Assembly (NCBI GenBank): GCA_964351975.1
Contig: CAYGPK010000001.1
Span: 10,393-74,392, forward strand
DNA length: 64,000 bases
Direction of reading: 5' to 3'
Source of the DNA: an uncultured Methanosarcinales archaeon
GTDB taxonomy: Archaea; Nanobdellota; Nanobdellia; Woesearchaeales; UBA583
The position numbers were made by a program, and so were the translations under genes. The notes under the pieces are model-generated. The model saw only the letters and a program-made list of their open reading frames with translations. It searched no databases and was not told the origin of the DNA. Below are positions 30,811 through 39,241 of this stretch, one piece after another; within the stretch, counting starts at the first letter, position 1, and each line of letters opens with the position of its first letter.

Positions 30811-30837
30811 TAAATGAGTATTAATATTTTTACCTTT

Positions 30838-30951
30838 TAAAACGATTCGCTACCGTTTTATGGGCTTAATGCCCGCCGCGAGGATCCCAATATGAGATCT
30901 GACATTTGTCTTGCTGTGATTATTTGGGGTTAGTGTTTGCGGGCAACAAAA
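30838..30951 (+). ncRNA. Structured RNA, candidate box H/ACA guide sRNA
   Basis: GC-rich island after a TATA box; TGCCCGC/GCGGGCA lower stem, internal loop, upper stem ending in K-turn-like GA/AG + U.U, ACA at 30946-30948. Confidence 0.5.
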
Positions 30952-30998
30952 TTTAATAGAATAAATAATTTTATTAAGTGTATTTATATTCTAATATT

Positions 30999-31748
30999 AT
31001 GAAGTGGAGATTTATTCCTTTTAGACATTATAATCCTTATTTGAAAACAGCATTAAATGAAATTTCTATTGAATCTGTTATTAATACAAAAGTTCCTATC
31101 TTTTGGCTTTCAGGATGGGAAAATAATTGCGTTAATCTTGGAGTTAGTCAAAAAGTAAATGAAGTTTTAAATCTTTATGAAGTAAAAAAAAATGATATTT
31201 CAATTGTTAGAAGGCAAGGAGGTGGAGGTACAACTTTCTTATCAAAGAGTGGAGAAATTACTTGGAATATTGCCTCTTCAAAAGAATTTTTTCCAGGTGA
31301 TATTAATGAAATTTACAAATTTATTTGTAACAAAATTGTAGAAGTTTTAAAGGATTTAGGGATTAATTCAAGCCATAAAATAATTAATGATGTAATTACA
31401 GAAAAGGGAAAAATTTCAGGAGCAACTTTGAAGAAAGTTGGAGATGTAATTTATATTGCTGGAACTTTATTGTATGATGTAGATAAAGAATTAATGAATA
31501 AAATTTTAAGACCTGAAAATGATTCAAATAAAATTAGTATTTCTGAAAAAGATAAAAAAATCACTTGTATTAGAAATGAGAATGATGTTTCTTTTGAAGA
31601 GGTTTTAAATTCTTTAGAGAGAGTTGTTTTACAAGATTATGAATACGAAGTATCAGATTGGACTAGTGAAGAATTAGAAAAAGCAGAAATTTTAAAAGAA
31701 AAATATTCAAGTGAAGAGTGGGTATATGGAGAGAGACAAAATGATTGA
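30999..31748 (+). CDS. lplA: Lipoate-protein ligase A catalytic domain (start revised to MKWRF)
   Basis: LG.SQ, VRRQGGGGTT, ND, GKISG, GTLLYD. Confidence 0.88.
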   Translation: MKWRFIPFRHYNPYLKTALNEISIESVINTKVPIFWLSGWENNCVNLGVSQKVNEVLNLYEVKKNDISIVRRQGGGGTTFLSKSGEITWNIASSKEFFPGDINEIYKFICNKIVEVLKDLGINSSHKIINDVITEKGKISGATLKKVGDVIYIAGTLLYDVDKELMNKILRPENDSNKISISEKDKKITCIRNENDVSFEEVLNSLERVVLQDYEYEVSDWTSEELEKAEILKEKYSSEEWVYGERQND

Positions 31749-32442
31749 AACATATTTAGTTGATATTGTAGAACCCATCCAAATCCCTGCTGTTGTTTAT
31801 GAGTTAAAGCAAAGAGGTATAGAAAAGCATATTAGAGTTTTTTTAAATCATACTGAAAAAGCAAATATTGTTAGAGGAAATGCTCAAAAAATTCATGGAG
31901 ATTTAGGAGTTGTAGAAATTAAAAGGCCAGATGGTGGAAAAACTTGGTACCATGGAAAAACTAAATGTATGATGGAAGCAAGACCTATTGAAACTAGCAA
32001 AGGATTTGATGTTAAAAAAGAAATAAATTTATGGGGAGAAAAAATAATTGAATTGATTAGTGAATATCATAGAGAATATCAAAATTTACAATTTATAAAC
32101 TCTGATGTTTATACACAAGAAGGAATTCAAATTGTTGGCGCATCAGGTCATTTATCAAATAAAGTTTTTACAACTAGATCTTGTTGGTATGATTCAGATC
32201 CTTTAGAAGATGTTATACAATTACTTAAAGTAGATAAGACTGAGGAAGAAATTCAACATTTCTTAAAAAGTTTTGGACTTTTATCTGAAAGTTTTTTTCC
32301 TGGCTTATTAAAATTATATGGAGCAAAAAAAGTTTTAGCACAAGATTTTATAAGTAAATCTAATTTAGAAGAAGCACTAAAACTTCAAAATTTTAAATCT
32401 GGACATATTATTGGAAGTTGTATTGGTTCAGGTTATCCATAA
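31741..32442 (+). CDS. Divergent LplA/LipB-fold protein
   Basis: RPDGGKTWYHG, SDVY, GIQIVGAS align to RxGGG..YH, ND, GKKISGS; coupled to lplA. Confidence 0.55.
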   Translation: MIETYLVDIVEPIQIPAVVYELKQRGIEKHIRVFLNHTEKANIVRGNAQKIHGDLGVVEIKRPDGGKTWYHGKTKCMMEARPIETSKGFDVKKEINLWGEKIIELISEYHREYQNLQFINSDVYTQEGIQIVGASGHLSNKVFTTRSCWYDSDPLEDVIQLLKVDKTEEEIQHFLKSFGLLSESFFPGLLKLYGAKKVLAQDFISKSNLEEALKLQNFKSGHIIGSCIGSGYP

Positions 32443-32472
32443 TATTTTAAAGCCAGCTAATTAGAGTATATT

Positions 32473-33108
32473 ATGTTTAGTTTAATTTGTATTGGAGATA
32501 GTATGATTTATGGTAGAGGAGAGTCTCCTTCTGGTGGTTGGGTTAGTAGGTTGAAAAAAGATTTTGAAAATGATGAAATTCACAAAGGTGTCTACAACTT
32601 AGGAATTCCTGGAGATACTTCTCATTCTCTTAAAAAAAGAATTAAAAATGAGATAACTCCGCGAATTTGGAAAAGAAAAGAAAATGATAAATACGTTTTA
32701 TTAATTGGTATTGGTGGAAATGACTCACGTTTTGTTATTAAAGTTGGTAATTATCAAACTAAAATGGATAATTTTCGTGAAAATATAATTAAAGTAATTG
32801 ATGAAGTCAAGTACTTAGTTAGCGAAGTTATTTTTGTTGGATTAGGTCCAATTGATGAGAGTAAAACTCAAGGTATAGATGGTGCTATTTATTACCTTAA
32901 TGAAAATATTAAATTATACAATAATGAAATTAAAAAACTTGCAAATGAAAATGGTATTAAGTTTATTGATTTATACGAAGAGTTGGTAAATTCTAAATAT
33001 CTAGACAATTTGTACAAAGATGGGCTTCACCCAAATTCTAAAGGTTATGATTTAATTTATTCTATTATTAAAAAATATCTAGATGAAAATAAAATTTTAG
33101 AGAATTAG
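32473..33108 (+). CDS. SGNH/GDSL hydrolase
   Basis: GDS, NLGIPGDT, IGGND, DGLHPN. Confidence 0.9.
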   Translation: MFSLICIGDSMIYGRGESPSGGWVSRLKKDFENDEIHKGVYNLGIPGDTSHSLKKRIKNEITPRIWKRKENDKYVLLIGIGGNDSRFVIKVGNYQTKMDNFRENIIKVIDEVKYLVSEVIFVGLGPIDESKTQGIDGAIYYLNENIKLYNNEIKKLANENGIKFIDLYEELVNSKYLDNLYKDGLHPNSKGYDLIYSIIKKYLDENKILEN

Positions 33109-33136
33109 AGATTTTTGAACATAGGTCATTCTTCCC

Positions 33137-33168
33137 TATATAACAACAATTTTAGCAAAATTCTTGAA
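33137..33168 (+). promoter_or_regulatory. Conserved motif, copy 3 (pdhA)
   Basis: TATATAACAACAATTTTAGCAAAATTCTTGAA. Confidence 0.55.
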
Positions 33169-33243
33169 ATATGCTCAGTATATCCTATACTTCACTATAT
33201 AATAATAAAGAAATACTATAAATTTTTAGTAGTAGAATTGATT

Positions 33244-34380
33244 ATGACAAATAAAGAAATTCATAATTTTAGTGTTTCATACCTTCAAGTTCTTGATGAA
33301 GAAGGGAATTGTGACGATTCAGTTAAACCAAATATCCCTGAAGATAAGATTAAAGAAATGTACCATATGATGGTTTTACTTCGAACTCTTGATGAAAAAT
33401 TATTCAATTTACAAAGAAGTGGAAAAATTGGAACTTACGCACAAACTAAAGGACAAGAAGCAAGTGAAATCGGCTCTGGTCTTGCTCTACAAGAAAGCGA
33501 TTGGTTTGTTCCATCTTTTCGTGAATTAGGAGTTTATCTTTGCCGTAAAGTTGATAGAGGAACTTTAGTTCAAGGGTGGAATGGAGATACAAGGGCATTT
33601 GCAAATCCAAATCATTCACATAATATGCCAATTTCAATTCCTATTGGTTCACAGTGTATTCATGCAGCTGGAATTGCTTGGGCTAGTAAACTAAAAGGAG
33701 AAAAAGATGCGACTATTGTTTATTTTGGAGAAGGTGCAACATCTGAAGGAGATTTTCATGAAGCTCTTAATTTTGCAGGTGTATTAAATCTACCAGTTGT
33801 ATTTTTTTGTCAAAGAAATGGATGGTCTATTTCAACTCCAACTTCTAAAGAAACTAAATCAGAAACTATTGCACAAAAAGCAATCGCTTATGGATTTAAT
33901 GGAATCCAAGTTGATGGTAATGATGTACTTGCAGTTTACAAAGCAACTAATGAAGCTCTAGAAAAAGCAAGAAATGGTGAGGGACCAACTTTAATTGAAT
34001 CAGTAACTTATAGATTAGGAGATCACACAACATCTGATGATTCTTCAAAATATAGAACTAAAGAAGAAGATGAAGTTTGGATTAAAAAAGATCCAATTGA
34101 TAGATTAAAAAAATATTTTCAAAAAATTGGAACTTGGAATGATGATTATGAAAAATGGGTTAATGAAACTGTTGCTAAAGAGATTGAAGAAGCAGTTGAA
34201 GCTGGATTAAATGTTGAACCTCCTAAACCTTCACAAATGTTTGAAGATGTATTTGCAGAAAAGCCTTGGATGTTAAAAGAACAAGAACAAGAACTAAAAC
34301 AAGAGTTGGGTGATTCTGAAAAGCGAGAAGAGAAAGGTGATGATTCACAATCTAAATCACTTGAGGAGGGAGCTATCTAA
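33244..34380 (+). CDS. pdhA: Pyruvate/2-oxoacid dehydrogenase E1 alpha (start revised)
   Basis: GQEA, GEGATSEGDFHEALN TPP-binding motif, YRLGDHTTSDD. Confidence 0.93.
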   Translation: MTNKEIHNFSVSYLQVLDEEGNCDDSVKPNIPEDKIKEMYHMMVLLRTLDEKLFNLQRSGKIGTYAQTKGQEASEIGSGLALQESDWFVPSFRELGVYLCRKVDRGTLVQGWNGDTRAFANPNHSHNMPISIPIGSQCIHAAGIAWASKLKGEKDATIVYFGEGATSEGDFHEALNFAGVLNLPVVFFCQRNGWSISTPTSKETKSETIAQKAIAYGFNGIQVDGNDVLAVYKATNEALEKARNGEGPTLIESVTYRLGDHTTSDDSSKYRTKEEDEVWIKKDPIDRLKKYFQKIGTWNDDYEKWVNETVAKEIEEAVEAGLNVEPPKPSQMFEDVFAEKPWMLKEQEQELKQELGDSEKREEKGDDSQSKSLEEGAI

Positions 34381-34387
34381 AATCAAA

Positions 34388-34480
34388 ATGATAAATTCTT
34401 ATACAAATTATAATAATTTAATGTTACGTAAATCCTATGAATTTATGAACATCTACCTTTTTGGAGGAATCCAAAAATGA
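34388..34480 (+). CDS. Bridging small ORF, 30 aa (MINSYTNYNNLMLRKSYEFMNIYLFGGIQK)
   Basis: Fills the pdhA-pdhB gap; internal hairpin; GGAGG; ATGA overlap with pdhB. Confidence 0.45.
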   Translation: MINSYTNYNNLMLRKSYEFMNIYLFGGIQK

Positions 34481-35451
34481 AGATGCATATGGTTTCGGCA
34501 CTTAATAGCGCACTTCAAATTGCTATGAAAAAAGATGATAAAGTTGTTATTTTAGGTGAGGATGTTGGTGTTGATGGAGGAGTTTTTAGAGTTACAGAAA
34601 ATTTACAAAAAGAATTTGGAGAAAATAGAGTTGTTGATACTCCACTTGCTGAAGCTGGAATTGTTGGATGTTCAATTGGTATGGCAATTAATGGAATGAA
34701 GCCAATTGCTGAAATGCAATTTAGTGGATTTAGTTATCAAGCCTTTCATCACGTTAAACAACATATGGCAAGAGTTAGACAAAGAACAAATAATACTGTT
34801 TCAGTTCCAATGGTTTTAAGAGCTCCTTGTAGTGGAGGAATTAGAGCACTTGAACATCATAGTGAGAGTCCAGAGAGTTTTTTTATACATTGTCAAGGTA
34901 TTAAAGTTGTTATGCCATCAGGACCTTATGATGCTAAAGGTTTAATGCTTAGTGCTATTTTTGATCCTGATCCTGTAGTATTTTTAGAACCTAAAAAAAT
35001 TTATAGATCTTTTAAGGAAGAAGTTCCCGAGGAAGAATATACAGTTGAAATTGGTAAAGCTGGTTTGAAAAAAGAAGGAAAAGACGTTTCAATTATTACT
35101 TGGGGTGCTATGGTTAAAATTTCTATGGAAGCTGCTGAAGAATTAACTAAAGAAGGTATTGATGTTGAGATTTTAGATTTGAGAACATTATGGCCATTTG
35201 ACATTGATGCAATTGTTGCAACAGCGAAAAAAACTGGACGTGTTGTTATTGTTTCAGAAGAGTCAAGAGTTTGTAGTTTGAATTCAGAAATTGCTGCACA
35301 AATTCAAGAAAGATGTATTTTAAGTTTGAAAGCTCCTATTCAAAGAGTTACTTCTTGGGATTTACCTTATCCACAATTTGCACTTGAGAATTATTATTTT
35401 CCAAATGCTAAAAGAATAATTAATGCAGTTAAAAAGGTTAACGAGTTCTAA
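34477..35451 (+). CDS. pdhB: E1 beta subunit
   Basis: GEDVG..GGVFRVT, DTPLAE, EHHSES, DLRTL. Confidence 0.95.
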   Translation: MKMHMVSALNSALQIAMKKDDKVVILGEDVGVDGGVFRVTENLQKEFGENRVVDTPLAEAGIVGCSIGMAINGMKPIAEMQFSGFSYQAFHHVKQHMARVRQRTNNTVSVPMVLRAPCSGGIRALEHHSESPESFFIHCQGIKVVMPSGPYDAKGLMLSAIFDPDPVVFLEPKKIYRSFKEEVPEEEYTVEIGKAGLKKEGKDVSIITWGAMVKISMEAAEELTKEGIDVEILDLRTLWPFDIDAIVATAKKTGRVVIVSEESRVCSLNSEIAAQIQERCILSLKAPIQRVTSWDLPYPQFALENYYFPNAKRIINAVKKVNEF

Positions 35452-35454
35452 AAA

Positions 35455-37266
35455 ATGGTTCTAGAATTTAAATTTCCAGATGTTGGAGAGGGTATTACTG
35501 AAGGTAAACTTGTTTCTTGGAAAGTTAAAGTAGGAGATACTGTTAAAGTTGATTCCCCTATTTGTGATGTTGAAACTGATAAAGCAACAGTAGATATTCC
35601 GTCGCCAGTTACAGGTAAAGTAATTGAACTTATTGGAAATCCCTCTGACATTTTAAATGTTGGAGATGTTATTATGAAAATTGATTCTGAAAATACAACT
35701 TCTACTGAAAGTACTGAAAATAAAGTAGAAGAAAAAGTAGAAATAAAACCTGAAGTAAAAACTGAAACTACTAATGTAGAAAATACTCAAGTTAAAGCTC
35801 CAGAAGAGAATAAAATACCTGAACCAAAGGTTGAGGAACCAATCAAAGTTGAAGAAGATAATAACAAAGTTTACGATAAAAATTTTTCACTTAATGTTTT
35901 AGCTATGCCAAGTGTACGCTCTGAGGCTAAAAATAATAATATAGATTTAAACTCAATTAAACCAACTGGCAAGCATGGTGAAATTACTTTAGAAGATTTA
36001 AATGGTTCAGATAAAGTTGAAAATACTAATTCTGAAAAACCGACAGTTCAAAATGAAAACATTGAGAATACCCAAAATAATAAAGTAGAAGAAAAGAAAG
36101 AAGATATTTCAGAGAGTAATTTAAAAATTGGTGAAATTCCTGTAAATGAAGAAAGTAAGATACCTGTTACAGATGTTAAAAAAGAAAAAGAACCTATTCC
36201 AGAAAAACATCTAGAAGATGTAGAAGAAATTGATGTTTCTGATATTGCAAAAGAACAAGAATTAAGAGAGAAAGAAAAAGAAAAACCAAAAGATGTTGTA
36301 GCCTCACCATCTGTAAGGCAACTTGCAAGAGATTTAGATGTTGATATCAATTTTGTTTTAGGTAGTGGAGATGGAGGAAAAATTACTGAAGAAGATATTA
36401 AAAGAGCTAAAGAACTTAAAGATAAATATGTAAAACCGAAACTGACTGCGACACAGAACAGCGATAATGCGATGGAAAAAGAAGATATTAAATCTCTTGA
36501 AAATACAGTTCCTAAAGTTGAAGTAACATCGCCTATCGCAAGTCACACTTCCCAATCAGACTCAGATACCATAATACCTATTCAAGGTATTAGAAAAATA
36601 ATCTCTGAGAGAATGCTTGAATCTTTATCTAAGTCAGCTCAAGTTACACTTTGTGATGAAGCAAACATTACTGAAATTGTTAATTTGAGAAATCGTGAAA
36701 AAGATAGATTAAAAGAAAAAGGAATTAAATTAAATTATATCCCTTTCTTCATTAAAGCATTTATCGAAACTTCAAAAGAATTTCCTAAATTTAATTCTGT
36801 AGTTGATGATGAAAAAAATGAAGTTATTTTAAAGTCAAATTTTAATATTGGAATTGCAGCTGACACAAACAAAGGATTGTTAGTGCCTGTGATTCAGATG
36901 TGCGAGCATAAAAATATTTTAGAGTTGAGTAGAGAAATTGTAGATTTATCAACAGCAGCTAGAGAAGGAAAATTAAAACCAGAACAAATGAAAGGTAGTA
37001 CATTTACTATTTCATCAGTTGGAAGTTTAGGAGGTCAATTCTTTACACCAATTATAAATTATCCTGAAACTGCTGTTCTTGGAATTGGTAAAATTATTAA
37101 AAAACCTGTTTATAACTCTAATGATGAAATTGTTCCAGCACAAATAGTTAGTTTATCTTTAACATTTGATCATAGAGTTATTGATGGTGCTGATGCTGCT
37201 AAATTTATGAAGAAGTTTGTAGAACTTCTTGAAAATCCTGAGGAGATTTTACTTACTTTAGAATAA
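35455..37266 (+). CDS. pdhC: E2 dihydrolipoamide acyltransferase (1 lipoyl domain, 2 subunit-binding domains)
   Basis: ETDKA lipoyl Lys; AMPSVR and ASPSVR PSBDs; DHRVIDGA. Confidence 0.95.
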   Translation: MVLEFKFPDVGEGITEGKLVSWKVKVGDTVKVDSPICDVETDKATVDIPSPVTGKVIELIGNPSDILNVGDVIMKIDSENTTSTESTENKVEEKVEIKPEVKTETTNVENTQVKAPEENKIPEPKVEEPIKVEEDNNKVYDKNFSLNVLAMPSVRSEAKNNNIDLNSIKPTGKHGEITLEDLNGSDKVENTNSEKPTVQNENIENTQNNKVEEKKEDISESNLKIGEIPVNEESKIPVTDVKKEKEPIPEKHLEDVEEIDVSDIAKEQELREKEKEKPKDVVASPSVRQLARDLDVDINFVLGSGDGGKITEEDIKRAKELKDKYVKPKLTATQNSDNAMEKEDIKSLENTVPKVEVTSPIASHTSQSDSDTIIPIQGIRKIISERMLESLSKSAQVTLCDEANITEIVNLRNREKDRLKEKGIKLNYIPFFIKAFIETSKEFPKFNSVVDDEKNEVILKSNFNIGIAADTNKGLLVPVIQMCEHKNILELSREIVDLSTAAREGKLKPEQMKGSTFTISSVGSLGGQFFTPIINYPETAVLGIGKIIKKPVYNSNDEIVPAQIVSLSLTFDHRVIDGADAAKFMKKFVELLENPEEILLTLE

Positions 37267-37267
37267 A

Positions 37268-38698
37268 ATGGTTGTTGGAAGTTTAACAGTTGAAACTGAT
37301 GTTGTAATTATAGGTTCTGGTCCAGGTGGTTATGTTGCTGCAATTCGCGCAGCTCAATTAGGTAAAGATGTTATTGTTATTGAAAAATATAAAAGAATTG
37401 GTGGTGTTTGTTTACATGTTGGTTGTATTCCAACTAAAGCTCTAATTACAAGCAGTGATTATTTTAATACTCTAAAAGATTTGAATTCTATGGGAATTAC
37501 AGTTGATAATTATTCTATTGATATTAATAAAATGAATACTTGGAAACAAGGAATTATTGATAAATTAGAACATGGAATTAAAGCACTTTTTGATAAACAT
37601 GGAATTGAAGTAATTGAAGGTATAGCAACTTTTACATCAACTAATACTATTTCTATTTCTGGGCAAAGTGATGTTAATACAATTAAATTTAAGAATGCAA
37701 TTGTTGCAACTGGAAGTTCTCCAATTGAAATTGAAGGTTTTAAATTTGATAAAGAAAATATAATTTCATCTAATCAAGCTATGAGTTTAACAGAAGTTCC
37801 TAAAAAATTAGTGATTGTTGGTGGGGGCTATATTGGAACTGAACTTGGAACAGTTTATGGAAAACTAGGATCTGAAATTCATATTTTAGAAGGGGGTTCC
37901 CATTTGATCCCACAATTAGATTCTGAAGTTGTTGATATTGTTGCAAAAAGTCTTGAAAAATTCAATGTTAATGTACATTATAATTCTAAAGCTAAAGGTG
38001 CAACTGTTTCTGATAACGGAGTTGTTGTTGAGTTTGAAACTGAGGGTACTAATAATAAAATTGAGTGTGATAAAGTTTTAGTTGTTGTTGGTCGAAGACC
38101 TAATACTAAAAATTTAGGACTTGATACTTTAGGGGTTAAATTAACTGACAAGGGTTTTATTGAAGTTAACGAACAGATGAAAACTAATGTTGAACATATC
38201 TACGCTATTGGTGATGTTGTATCTAATCCTATGCTTGCACATAAGGCGAGTCGTGAAGGAAAAATCGCAGCTGAAGTTATTGGAGGAATTAAAAGTGCAT
38301 TTGATAATAAAGTTATCCCAAGTGTTGTTTTTAATGATCCAGAAATTGTCTCTGTTGGTATGACTGATAAAGAAGCAATTAATAAAGGTTATGAAGTTAT
38401 TTCTAAGAAATTTCCATACGCAGCATTAGGTCGTGCTCATATGTTTGATAGAACAGAAGGATTTATTAAAATGATTTGTGAGAAGGGTAGTAATAGAATT
38501 CTAGGAGTTCATGCAGTTGGGCCACATGTTAGTGAAATAGTTTCTGAAGCAACGCTTGCAATTGAAATGGGAGCTAATGCAGAAGATGTTGCATTTACAA
38601 TTCATCCTCATCCAACAATTAGTGAAGGATTAAGTGAAGTATCTGATGTTATACTTGGAAAAGCGATTAATATCTACCAACCTGCTGAAAAGAAATAG
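37268..38698 (+). CDS. lpdA: Dihydrolipoamide dehydrogenase E3
   Basis: GSGPGG, GGVCLHVGCIPTK, GGGYIG, HPHPTISE. Confidence 0.97.
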   Translation: MVVGSLTVETDVVIIGSGPGGYVAAIRAAQLGKDVIVIEKYKRIGGVCLHVGCIPTKALITSSDYFNTLKDLNSMGITVDNYSIDINKMNTWKQGIIDKLEHGIKALFDKHGIEVIEGIATFTSTNTISISGQSDVNTIKFKNAIVATGSSPIEIEGFKFDKENIISSNQAMSLTEVPKKLVIVGGGYIGTELGTVYGKLGSEIHILEGGSHLIPQLDSEVVDIVAKSLEKFNVNVHYNSKAKGATVSDNGVVVEFETEGTNNKIECDKVLVVVGRRPNTKNLGLDTLGVKLTDKGFIEVNEQMKTNVEHIYAIGDVVSNPMLAHKASREGKIAAEVIGGIKSAFDNKVIPSVVFNDPEIVSVGMTDKEAINKGYEVISKKFPYAALGRAHMFDRTEGFIKMICEKGSNRILGVHAVGPHVSEIVSEATLAIEMGANAEDVAFTIHPHPTISEGLSEVSDVILGKAINIYQPAEKK

Positions 38699-38734
38699 GA
38701 ATAGATTTATATTATTAAATCAAAATATATATCT

Positions 38735-39241
38735 ATGAAAAAAATTTTTATTATTGGTATGACTGGAAGTGGAAAGTCTAGTCTAGCAAAAAAAATTTCT
38801 AAAAAATTAAAAATACCAACATATGATTTAGATGATATTTTTTGGATTGAAAAATATTCTGTAAAAAAAGATGATGAAAATTGTAAAATTGAATTAAAAA
38901 AAATTTTAAAAAAAGAAACTTGGATTATTGAAGGAGTATATGATTGGGGAAAAGAGGCTGCAGATAAGTCTGATTTGATAATTTGGTTAAATTATGGAAT
39001 AAATATCTGTGCATATAGAGTTTTTAAAAGGTGGCTTTTTTCAAAAAAAAGAGAAAAAACTATTAAAGAGATTTATGGTTTAATAAAATATATTCGTGCA
39101 TATATGATAGTTCGTCCAAATAAAGTAAAATCAACTTATCAAAAACACACTGAAATGATTGTTGGAAATGAAAATAAACTTATTAAAATTAATAACAAAA
39201 AAGAATTTAATGAATTTTTAACTAATTATAATTTTAACTAA
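38735..39241 (+). CDS. P-loop kinase (FlaR/adenylate-kinase-like)
   Basis: GMTGSGKS, LDDIFW, WIIEG. Confidence 0.8.
   Translation: MKKIFIIGMTGSGKSSLAKKISKKLKIPTYDLDDIFWIEKYSVKKDDENCKIELKKILKKETWIIEGVYDWGKEAADKSDLIIWLNYGINICAYRVFKRWLFSKKREKTIKEIYGLIKYIRAYMIVRPNKVKSTYQKHTEMIVGNENKLIKINNKKEFNEFLTNYNFN

Noticed and set aside
30838-30951. tRNA, 5S, SRP, RNase P, TPP riboswitch or HDV-like ribozyme identity for the structured RNA
   Set aside because: No T/D loops; no SRP helix-8 motif; GAGGA, GGCTTA and TAATGCC fragments are in the wrong order; HDV P3 cannot pair.
33115-33243. N-terminal extension of PdhA in the ORF track
   Set aside because: Overlaps the conserved upstream motif and promoter; E1-alpha similarity starts at ATG 33244. 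Similar over-extensions at 18548, 26538, 30978 and 31711.
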